Shown: positions 26,720 through 35,153 of the stretch, in pieces
Layout: each line of letters starts with the position of its first letter
How positions within the stretch are numbered: position 1 is the stretch's first letter
Source of the DNA: Kordiimonas sediminis
GTDB lineage: Bacteria; Pseudomonadota; Alphaproteobacteria; Sphingomonadales; Kordiimonadaceae
Length of the DNA stretch: 40,000 nt
Direction of reading: 5' to 3'
Assembly: GCF_014656395.1 (NCBI RefSeq)
Contig: NZ_BNCI01000001.1
Location: forward strand, 925,893-965,892
Translations under genes and position numbers: made by a program
Notes under the pieces: model-generated
Database searches by the model: none
What the model was told of the DNA's origin: nothing
Seen by the model: only the letters and a program-made list of their open reading frames with translations

Positions 26720-27811
26720 TTAACTCTGAGCAATCAATCTTGCCAACTCAGGTCCAAGTCTGCAAACACCATCTTCCTGCAAGATAAAGTCTGCCCCTGA
26801 GAAGGTTTCTTCCTGAACCAGCTTTAATATAGCCCTGTCAGCTATTGGCCGCTTGGGTTCCATCAGGTCGTAAATAAACGAATGCCGTTCAGCCACCATC
26901 CGGTCGTGCATGATACCAATTGAGGGGTCATAGCCATCTGCGATTGCTTCGATCCTGACACTACTTTCCAGCATCGTATAAGCATAATTCAGCATGGCAT
27001 TCACAGGATGTGTTGCATTGCGGTTTGACGGGGTTGTGAGTACGGCTAACGATGACCGTGAGAAGAAACGCTTCCATTCATCAGGGATAGGATATTTCCC
27101 CTGAGCCTTCCATTTAATATCTAGTGCGCGCCAAGCGAAAAAATAGCCCTGCGCGACCTGTCCTTCATACGCGAGAAGCTTAGATATATCCTGCGGCGGT
27201 TCTTCCTTGAGAAGCTTCAAGGTCGAATGTGCCTGATCAATGGCCTTGTCCCGCGAATGGGAAGCGGGGAGAATGTTTTCGAGATTGTAGAGCGTTTCCT
27301 TGATCTTGCCTTCAATGAGGGGTTTTGCAAACTTCAGCCTGTTTTCCTCGTTGGCCCGTGTCGCAATCTGCCACGTTACTTTCTGACGGTCAGCGGCATA
27401 GCCTGATGCACAGTGAACGGAAGCAATACGTCCATCCCACCGGAGCCTGATAAGGTCAACCTTCTGTTCGCTGAGCCAATCAAGGGCATCAAGGGTGATA
27501 TTGCCAGACCCGTCAACGAGGACAATGCGCGACGGTAAGGACAAATCTCCTTTGAAGAACTGGAACTCCCTGACCTGTTGAGGGAAGTGGGTAAAGCCAC
27601 CACGGACTATCAAGGTTCCTCTATCCACATGTAGGGAAACACCGTTCCCGGTCAGCACTAGGGGGGTCTGTTGTCTCTGCCTTCTTTTGCGTTTGGGGAT
27701 GCCAGCTTCACAGGCGGCAATCCAGTATTGGCAGCGTTCAGACCATTCATCAATCTGAGCTTCAGAGTCGCTTTTTTGAGATAACTGGTTCAATATGCCC
27801 CCTACATTCAA
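26720..27811 (-). CDS. cas1: Cas1 homologue (putative casposase)
   Basis: N-terminal beta domain (LVLTGNGVSLHVDRGTLIVRGG; RIVLVDGSGNITLDALDWL). Helical domain with E216 (LLAYEGQVAQGYF), NAMLNYAYTML, H302 (GIMHD), D315 (IYDLMEPKRPIAD). Start uncertain: TTG 27811, TTG 27793 or GTG 27658. Confidence 0.85.
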   Translation of the reverse strand: MNVGGILNQLSQKSDSEAQIDEWSERCQYWIAACEAGIPKRKRRQRQQTPLVLTGNGVSLHVDRGTLIVRGGFTHFPQQVREFQFFKGDLSLPSRIVLVDGSGNITLDALDWLSEQKVDLIRLRWDGRIASVHCASGYAADRQKVTWQIATRANEENRLKFAKPLIEGKIKETLYNLENILPASHSRDKAIDQAHSTLKLLKEEPPQDISKLLAYEGQVAQGYFFAWRALDIKWKAQGKYPIPDEWKRFFSRSSLAVLTTPSNRNATHPVNAMLNYAYTMLESSVRIEAIADGYDPSIGIMHDRMVAERHSFIYDLMEPKRPIADRAILKLVQEETFSGADFILQEDGVCRLGPELARLIAQS

Positions 27812-27845
27812 ATACTAATAATATCATATTGGATTCTAGCAAAAG

Positions 27846-28487
27846 ATGCAGATTAAGCCACGGAAAATATGGGAAAAAGGCACTGATTTAAATAAGGCTT
27901 GGCTGGAATATGCAACTGAAAATGAGCGTCAGAAGTATCTGGAATTAAATAACCATAAAATGGAATTTGGTAACGATATTGGTCGTAATATTCAGTTAGT
28001 TGGCAACCTTCTTAATAGGCCAAATCAAATTGAGAATTTAAAAGATGAATTACGCAATTCCCTAATTCAGAAATTGAAGAAAGGTGATTTACTTGCATTT
28101 GGGTATTCGATTTATCCCACTCTTGCGGGTGTGGCATCCCGAATAGAGAATGAATTCTGGATGCTGGCTACATGCAAATGGGAAAATGATGAAGCCCATA
28201 GCCGCTTTAAAGCATACCACCGAATTAAAATTATAAATCCAGACCTATTTCCAGATTTGGATTTAATTCCTGAAATTGGCCGACCATCCAAAGCGGCTAT
28301 TAGGGAAAAAGCAATATTGAGATGTATTGATAAAATTCCTGAATTTGAATTATTAACACATAAAGAAAAAGCCGAATTAATTCGTGCGGAAATAAAAGAA
28401 GAAAATCCAGACATAGACCCTTATGGTCCAGGGTATGGGGATGACGTTATTAAAAAGCAGGTAAATAAAATTCTGAAATCAATTTAA
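27846..28487 (+). CDS. Hypothetical protein (element cargo, AT-rich)
   Basis: 213-aa ORF from ATG 27846, divergent from cas1 with only a 34-nt gap. Contains an IGRPSKAAIREKAI segment. No family recognised. Confidence 0.5.
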   Translation: MQIKPRKIWEKGTDLNKAWLEYATENERQKYLELNNHKMEFGNDIGRNIQLVGNLLNRPNQIENLKDELRNSLIQKLKKGDLLAFGYSIYPTLAGVASRIENEFWMLATCKWENDEAHSRFKAYHRIKIINPDLFPDLDLIPEIGRPSKAAIREKAILRCIDKIPEFELLTHKEKAELIRAEIKEENPDIDPYGPGYGDDVIKKQVNKILKSI

Positions 28488-28643
28488 TTGAATTAATTAA
28501 TTTTAATTGGAATTAAGATCAGGAAATCATTTTCAAATAAGTAATTAGAATCAAATAGTTTTTCCCTTTATCCCGACTCCACAGCAACGCAAATTCGCGC
28601 AACGCTTCCTTCAAGTGACGAATCATTTTGAAAGGACGTTAGC

Positions 28644-29222
28644 GTGTCTAAGAAACGCGATTACAAAGCAGAATACAGGAGACGCATTGAGCGTGGCTTA
28701 GCCAGAGGGTTAAGCCGGTCTCAGGCCAGAGGCCACCCCAAAGCTGGGGAGCGTGGCATCACCTCGGGCGTAACAAAACCCACAAGCACCCCGGAGCTTG
28801 AAACAGCCCTGATGCATTTACGCGATGGGCAAACCCAAAAAGATGCTGCCAACAAGGCTGGGGTCTCCACTGACAAGTTCCGGCGGTTTCTTTACGGTAA
28901 TAAGTTGGCTACCCACCAAGGTCGTAAATGGATACTCACAGATGACAGACCAAGACGGGTGGCGGCAATTACAGATGGCCGCATTAAGGCTGTGACTGTC
29001 CCGAACTATTCGGAAGCTGAAAAAGCTGGGTCATTTTACCATGCTGTCAGCAAATTCATTAGTACCAATCAACCAGCCTACCTTCTTCCTTTTCTTGAGG
29101 ATGGTGTCAACGACATTAAGGGCAATTTTATTCCCTTTGAAACTAACCCCAATGAACTCCACCGCATCGCGTCGATGGACACCCCAGACTTTGCTGAAAT
29201 TTATCAAATTATTTCCAATTAA
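28644..29222 (+). CDS. HTH DNA-binding protein with strongly basic N-terminus
   Basis: GTG 28644 is preceded by AAAGGA. N-terminus YKAEYRRRIERGLARGLSRSQARGHPKAGE. Putative HTH QKDAANKAGVSTDKFRRFLYG. First gene of the HTH-HNH-polB cluster. Confidence 0.6.
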   Translation: MSKKRDYKAEYRRRIERGLARGLSRSQARGHPKAGERGITSGVTKPTSTPELETALMHLRDGQTQKDAANKAGVSTDKFRRFLYGNKLATHQGRKWILTDDRPRRVAAITDGRIKAVTVPNYSEAEKAGSFYHAVSKFISTNQPAYLLPFLEDGVNDIKGNFIPFETNPNELHRIASMDTPDFAEIYQIISN

Positions 29223-29233
29223 GGACTTTACCC

Positions 29234-29596
29234 ATGACCAAATACAAACCTGATGCTGAAGACCGCAGAGAACAAAGAATTAGACGACTAGGCTTTGATG
29301 ATCCCATGTGCGTTATCTGCGGAGAAGATTATGTTCTCTGCCTAGAGAAGCACCATGTAGCGGGGCGGAAGTATGATGATACAGAGGTTCCCGTCTGCTG
29401 CAACTGTCACCGCAAGCTTAGTGATAACCAGCTTGATTATCCTGACAGCAACCCCAATCAGGACCGTAACCTTCTGACTATCGGATATTTCCTGATGGGC
29501 CTCTCTGATCTATTTAAACTGCTTGCCGAGAAACTTATGGAGTTTGGCAATCACCTGATCGTCAATGCACACAGTCAGGAGCAGATTGATGAATAG
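29234..29596 (+). CDS. HNH endonuclease
   Basis: CVICG...LEKHHV...VPVCCNCHRKLS (CxxC / HH / CxxCH arrangement). The stop overlaps the polB start. Confidence 0.8.
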   Translation: MTKYKPDAEDRREQRIRRLGFDDPMCVICGEDYVLCLEKHHVAGRKYDDTEVPVCCNCHRKLSDNQLDYPDSNPNQDRNLLTIGYFLMGLSDLFKLLAEKLMEFGNHLIVNAHSQEQIDE

Positions 29597-32294
29597 TCAC
29601 GATATTCAGGAGATTGCAGTTCGTGCCTATACGGAGACACCGGACAGGCAACCCCTTGGCACCAAACCCCGAACGCGAGAGCAACGACCATCTGCCTACT
29701 CCCTCATCTTTGACTGTGAAACAACGGTTGATGCAGCACAGTCACTCAAGGTCGGCTTTTATCAAATCAGGAACAAAACAAGGCTGGCTGAGGAAGGACT
29801 ATTTTATGCGGCAGAGGCGTTAAGCTGCCGTGAAGTTGATCTTCTGGAAGCCTATGCAGAAAGGCATAGCCTACCCCTCAAAACCATTGAGGAGTTCAGA
29901 ACGCGGGTTTTCCTCAAGCATGCCTATTTCCGCAGGGCTTGTGTCGTGGGCTTCAACCTGCCTTTTGATATCTCCCGCATTGCCCTTGGCCACGGTGCCG
30001 CCAGAGGATCGTTCCGGGGTGGCTTTACGTTTAAGCTTTCTGAATACAAAAGTGATCCCTTTGTCCGGGTCAAGCATCTGAGTGCCAGAGCCGCCCTGAT
30101 GGATTTTGCTAGACCCGCCAAGCAGGAAACCACCCGCGGCATGCGGAAGAAAGGTCAAAAGACGCCAGCCTTCCGGGGCTATTTCACCGACCTGAAAACC
30201 TTGGCCGCAGCTCTCACGAGCCGGTCCTTCAGCCTTGATACGCTCGGCAAATATTTAGGCGTCAAAACTGGGAAAATGGAAACCGCAGAACACGGCCAGG
30301 AAATCACTACTGACTATCTCGACTATGCCCGGACAGACGTTCAGACAACATGGGAATGTTACGAGAAGCTGTTAGATATGTATGCAGCGCACAATCTGGA
30401 AACCCCAGCCCATAAAATCCTCAGTGAAGCGAGCCTTGGCAAAGCCTATTTGCAGCTTATGAATATCAAGCCGCTTTTGGCCTCAAACCCCGACTTGGAC
30501 AGGTCCATCTTCGGCACCATTATGTCGAGCTATTACGGGGGCCGAGCCGAGATCAGGATAAGGAAGGAAATCCGGCAGGTTCTCTATGCTGACTTCAAAT
30601 CCATGTATCCAACGGTTAGTGCCCTGATGGGGCTTTGGGCCTTTGTGACCGGGGATGACCTGACTTGGAAAACGTCAACCGACGAAACAAGAAACTTCCT
30701 AAAGACTGTCATCCTTGATGACCTCAAAACAAGAGAGACATGGAAGAAGCTGACAACCCTTGTTCGGGTCAAGCCGGCTGATGATATTTATCCGGTCCGG
30801 GCCAAATACAATAGCCGCGTTCACACCATTGGCTTGAACAAGTTAAGCACAGACCATTCCTTGTGGATGACCCTTGCTGACTGTATTGCCTCGAAAATCC
30901 TTTCTGGCAAAACCCCGGAGATTATTGAGGCCATCAGCTTTGAGCCGGGACAGCCACAACAGGATATGGAGCCGATATGCCTGTTTGGGTCAAATGAGTT
31001 TGCGGTTGATCCATACAGAGATGATGTCTTCACCAAACTGATTGATTTGAGGGACAGGGCCAAGGCTGACAGAAACCCTCTAGAGAAGGCCATCAAGATT
31101 GTCGCCAATTCCACTGGCTACGGCATCTTCATTGAAATTAACCGGGATGACGCCCCAAAGCCCGAACCCGTTAAGGTGTATGATCAGTTTGGCAGCGCAA
31201 GCCTTCAGGACATGAAAGCAATTGAGGAACCCGGCAAATATTTTCATCCGCTTATGGGGACGCTGATCACGGGAGCCGCACGGCTAATGCTGGCCCTAGC
31301 GGAACAGCTAACGCTCAATGAAGGACTTGGTTGGGTATTCTGTGACACTGACAGCATTGCTATGGCCAAGCCAAAGACGATGGCACAGGATGCATTTATC
31401 ACCAAAGCCGAAAGGGTCATCAAATGGTTTGAAAGCCTGAATCCCTACCAGAAGCCCGGATCAATCCTGCAAATGGAAGATACCAACTTTGATAAGGTGA
31501 CAGGAAAACACCTACCTCTTTACTGTCTCGCTATCTCAGCCAAACGCTATGCCCTGTTTAATCGGGACGGTAAAGGCAACCCTGTTCTCAGGAAAGCATC
31601 AGCCCACGGACTAGGGCACTTGAGGCCCCCATACCGCAATGAGGACACTTCAGACGCTGTTCCAGCCCCAACAGTCCCTTTAGGTGAGATTGGGGTGCAA
31701 CGCTGGCAGCATGACCTATGGTACAAGATTATTGAAGCGCATCTGTCAGGCCATCCCAATCAGGTGGCTCTCAATTGGCACCCGACTTTCGACAAGCCCG
31801 CTGTTAGCCGCTACGGAGCCACAAGCCCCCACATGCTTAAATGGATGGACCACTGGAATGCAGGACGGGAATACCCGCAGCAGGTAAGGCCCTTTGGCTT
31901 TATGGTATCCTTCTCAGCCAAGACCGGACCGTTTGCACCACCCCCAGAGGTTAGTCTTGTTGATCCTTCCAAGCGGGGCCGTCCCACAAAGGCTGAGACA
32001 CCCAAGCCGATTGCTCCTTTTGCCAGTGACCACAATGAAGCTGTTGCCAATGCCTTTGACCGCATAAGTGGGGAAGCGGTTGAACAATGCCAGCTTAAAA
32101 CCTACCGCGAAGCCCTGTGCCAGTATCACCTATCAACAGAGGATAAGTTTGATAATGGTGATTTCTGCGACTTCGGGGAGACGACACGACGGCATATCAC
32201 TGCAACCTCAATCAGGCTCGTCGGCAAGGAAGCAAACAAGGTGGGAGAGAGTGGGGAACTGCATCCATTAGCGAGAACTGCGGAGTTTTTCTAA
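29589..32294 (+). CDS. polB: Family B DNA polymerase (casposon-type; protein-primed-like layout)
   Basis: AGGAG 29577-29581 precedes ATG 29589 (ATG 29565 is an alternative). Motifs: ExoI FDCET, ExoII NLPFD, ExoIII YARTD, motif A DFKSMYPT, motif B KIVANSTGYG, motif C FCDTDS, KxY-like SAKRYAL. Confidence 0.9.
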   Translation: MNSHDIQEIAVRAYTETPDRQPLGTKPRTREQRPSAYSLIFDCETTVDAAQSLKVGFYQIRNKTRLAEEGLFYAAEALSCREVDLLEAYAERHSLPLKTIEEFRTRVFLKHAYFRRACVVGFNLPFDISRIALGHGAARGSFRGGFTFKLSEYKSDPFVRVKHLSARAALMDFARPAKQETTRGMRKKGQKTPAFRGYFTDLKTLAAALTSRSFSLDTLGKYLGVKTGKMETAEHGQEITTDYLDYARTDVQTTWECYEKLLDMYAAHNLETPAHKILSEASLGKAYLQLMNIKPLLASNPDLDRSIFGTIMSSYYGGRAEIRIRKEIRQVLYADFKSMYPTVSALMGLWAFVTGDDLTWKTSTDETRNFLKTVILDDLKTRETWKKLTTLVRVKPADDIYPVRAKYNSRVHTIGLNKLSTDHSLWMTLADCIASKILSGKTPEIIEAISFEPGQPQQDMEPICLFGSNEFAVDPYRDDVFTKLIDLRDRAKADRNPLEKAIKIVANSTGYGIFIEINRDDAPKPEPVKVYDQFGSASLQDMKAIEEPGKYFHPLMGTLITGAARLMLALAEQLTLNEGLGWVFCDTDSIAMAKPKTMAQDAFITKAERVIKWFESLNPYQKPGSILQMEDTNFDKVTGKHLPLYCLAISAKRYALFNRDGKGNPVLRKASAHGLGHLRPPYRNEDTSDAVPAPTVPLGEIGVQRWQHDLWYKIIEAHLSGHPNQVALNWHPTFDKPAVSRYGATSPHMLKWMDHWNAGREYPQQVRPFGFMVSFSAKTGPFAPPPEVSLVDPSKRGRPTKAETPKPIAPFASDHNEAVANAFDRISGEAVEQCQLKTYREALCQYHLSTEDKFDNGDFCDFGETTRRHITATSIRLVGKEANKVGESGELHPLARTAEFF

Positions 32295-32387
32295 CTCAGC
32301 TTTGGTCCTTCTATGACGTTTTCTGGATGGAGGTTTATACCTAATGCTACATACTGTTGTATTGGTTCTCTGTTAGCAAATAAATCC

Positions 32388-35138
32388 TTAGGGTTTTTCA
32401 ATCAATTTAATATCTTCTGTCGTTAATCCGTACAGCTCATAAACCATTTTGTCGATTTCACAATCAGTCTGATCAATCTCACTTTTAATATCTAGCACTC
32501 TAGCCTTTTCCTTTTCAAAATACTCCATCCATTCAGACTTTTGAGAAAGCGATAGCTTTGCAGGCTTTATAGACTTTTCAAGTTCCGCTATAAAATCGAA
32601 GAAAGACAATTCGTACCAGATTTCTAGCTTCTTGGACATTCTATCTATTCTGAACTCAGATTTAATCAAACGTCCTAGTTTCTCTCTTGTAGAATTTAAC
32701 ATCTCATTATTTTTTATGATCGAATTTGCTTTATTTACAAATTTTGTCTGTCTTTTTATATCAGTTCTAGGAATGGGATAATTATTTACGTCTTTAATAA
32801 CAGCTTTAGGAAACATGCTGCGATTTCCTTTTACTGCTCTTCTGGAATGGTAAAAACCCATCAAACTAGAATTTAATATGCAAAGCACAAACTTCAACAA
32901 GTAGTCGTTATCCAGAGCAAGAATATTAATAATACTTTTGTTGTTTAAAAATGTGCCCTCAACATATGTAGCTTGTAATAGCTTTGGATATTTCCCAGTT
33001 ATCTCTCGTATTAAAACTCTTGGCCCAGAAAACATAGAAATATCTCGAGGTTGAGATAACCACTTTCCGTATCTTAACCACTTTCCAGACCAGCTTACAT
33101 CATACCTAAGTACATCTTTTCCTTCTAAATATTTAAAAGTATCTTCATCGTATTTATGGTCATAATCATAAATGTGGTCTTTGACGTCTCGGGCAGTTTG
33201 TTTAGGCGTTCCCTTACCTTTCTCGTAAGCCTGCAAGCCAGCTTTTACTTCATAAAAGTTTGATAGTGGCGCATGCGCTTCAATTTTTTTTATTGTCTCT
33301 AACTCTGCACCTGAACTCTGGAGGTCGAAGATATAAGATTCAATTTTCTTCCATTCCTCCTGAGGAGCAGACAAGCATGGTGTTTCCAGTTCTGTAGCCG
33401 AATAGATATTTTTGAAGTTAACTATATTTTTTTTGTTAATTGTGTTTGATGCGCAAAAAATAGCAGCCTCAACATTAGCCCCATCAAATGTATTTCCTAA
33501 TAAATTCAGCACTGTATTTAAAGATACTTTTTCCAAGAGAAATTCTCTGGTCAGCATAGCTGAATCTGTTCCTAAGACAGAATTAGGTACAATATATGAT
33601 AAGTAGCCTTTATCTTTTAATAGAGAAAACCCTAGCTCGATAAAAAGGATGTAGAGATTAATTTTATCCCTCACTAAAGAATAGTTAGCTCCTACATAAT
33701 CCTTAAAATTGTCAAATATATTATCTCTTGACAAAACATATGGAGGATTTCCAACAATTACATCGAATTTACCAGTTTGTATGATTTCGGAGAATTCTGA
33801 GCTCCAATTAAACGCTAAATCTCCGGCAATTTTGTGGTCGTCAATTAGCGAGTTTCCAACTTTGATGTTATCTTCTAAATATGTGAGTTTTTCCTGTCTG
33901 TTAGCTGTTTTAAGCCACAATGATAGCTTCGTTATTTCCACGGATTCGCTATTCAAATCCACTCCATAAATATTATTCGCTAGTATGTGTGTGTCCCAAC
34001 GAAAGAGCGAGATTTGTTCATTCTTCAAATAGGCTAGCTGACTGTTTACCGCTTCACCTTCTTTTTTTAGATAATCAAAAACCTCATTCAAAAATGCCCC
34101 AGAACCACAGGCCGGATCGAGAACCCTTATTTTTGAAAGCGTATTTTTATATGCTTCCCAGAAGTCAATATGTCGCCTAACTTTCTTGGCAATCTGTTGC
34201 CGCTTTGTTTTAAATTCTTGCGTAGTTTTTTTTGTGAAACTTTTGCTTTTAGTATCGACACGGTGAAGATCGAATTCTTCTTCTGTTATCTCAGGTAAGC
34301 TATCCCCGGCGAGTTCTTTCTTCCGGTCATTTAACCAACCACCTACAGCCAGCTCTACAATGTAGCGGGTTATGTATGGAGGAGTATAAAAAACACCGTC
34401 CTTTTTCTTTTTACTTTTTTTCTTGTCTAAAGGTTCTTCTATACCCTCTGCTTTTGCCTTGATCTCTTCAAGGTCGCTAATTGACTGTTCGAAAATATGA
34501 CCAAGAATATTAACGCTTACATCACTCTCAAAATCGTAATCCCCAATCCTCTTGAAGCCCTGACAGAGTTCATCACTAATATTTAGGGTGTCTAGTTCAA
34601 GGGTTTGTTTAAAGAGACCACCATTATATGCAGGAATATTGAGTTCAGAATTGCCTTTATCAATCGCGTGAAACAGGCCTTTAAAATTTTCCCATATCGG
34701 CTGTGGATTATAAGGGTTTTTCGTCGCATAAGCTTGTTTTAAAGTGTCTTTAGGTAATAGCCCTTTGTCTTCTGCAAAAGCGATAAAAAGAACACGATCT
34801 AAGATGGTTTGGGCAAATTGGACTACCTCAATTGGTTCTTGATGAGGATTATCGTCTCCAATTTTTTTGATCAGGTTTGCTCTCAGGTCTTTGTAATCTG
34901 AATATAACTGGTCGGTAATTTCTTTATCAATTTTTTCACTTTCTTTGAGCAAATCATATGTCGTACCCCCCAATAGATTTTTTGCGGAAAGTAATAAAAT
35001 AAAACGCGCATAATCTTTTGGATTGCTTAAGTTGGATAAATCAAAGACCTCATAATCTTTCCGGCCATAACCTACGGCATATAGTCTGAGTTCGCGGTAA
35101 TTGGAGACGCAAACCCATCGTGCACCTTTTGCGTCCAT
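32388..35138 (-). CDS. Type IIG restriction-modification enzyme, large fragment (N6-adenine methyltransferase + specificity domains)
   Basis: Motif I VLDPACGSGAFL, motif IV VGNPPYV, C-terminal tail VYELYGLTTEDIKLIE typical of Eco57I/MmeI-like fused enzymes. AT-rich. Confidence 0.85.
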   Translation of the reverse strand: MDAKGARWVCVSNYRELRLYAVGYGRKDYEVFDLSNLSNPKDYARFILLLSAKNLLGGTTYDLLKESEKIDKEITDQLYSDYKDLRANLIKKIGDDNPHQEPIEVVQFAQTILDRVLFIAFAEDKGLLPKDTLKQAYATKNPYNPQPIWENFKGLFHAIDKGNSELNIPAYNGGLFKQTLELDTLNISDELCQGFKRIGDYDFESDVSVNILGHIFEQSISDLEEIKAKAEGIEEPLDKKKSKKKKDGVFYTPPYITRYIVELAVGGWLNDRKKELAGDSLPEITEEEFDLHRVDTKSKSFTKKTTQEFKTKRQQIAKKVRRHIDFWEAYKNTLSKIRVLDPACGSGAFLNEVFDYLKKEGEAVNSQLAYLKNEQISLFRWDTHILANNIYGVDLNSESVEITKLSLWLKTANRQEKLTYLEDNIKVGNSLIDDHKIAGDLAFNWSSEFSEIIQTGKFDVIVGNPPYVLSRDNIFDNFKDYVGANYSLVRDKINLYILFIELGFSLLKDKGYLSYIVPNSVLGTDSAMLTREFLLEKVSLNTVLNLLGNTFDGANVEAAIFCASNTINKKNIVNFKNIYSATELETPCLSAPQEEWKKIESYIFDLQSSGAELETIKKIEAHAPLSNFYEVKAGLQAYEKGKGTPKQTARDVKDHIYDYDHKYDEDTFKYLEGKDVLRYDVSWSGKWLRYGKWLSQPRDISMFSGPRVLIREITGKYPKLLQATYVEGTFLNNKSIINILALDNDYLLKFVLCILNSSLMGFYHSRRAVKGNRSMFPKAVIKDVNNYPIPRTDIKRQTKFVNKANSIIKNNEMLNSTREKLGRLIKSEFRIDRMSKKLEIWYELSFFDFIAELEKSIKPAKLSLSQKSEWMEYFEKEKARVLDIKSEIDQTDCEIDKMVYELYGLTTEDIKLIEKP

Positions 35139-35153
35139 TGCATATTCCCATGC

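Noticed and set aside
29565-29588. Longer N-termini in the ORF track (polB 29565, CA 5730, MFS 10634, pspA 13526, pspC 12568, peptidase 19509, P4H 21390, GNAT 24897)
   Set aside because: Most of the upstream starts are TTG/GTG. All of them lack an RBS, overlap neighbours or add non-homologous residues. In each case an internal ATG with a good Shine-Dalgarno sequence was preferred.
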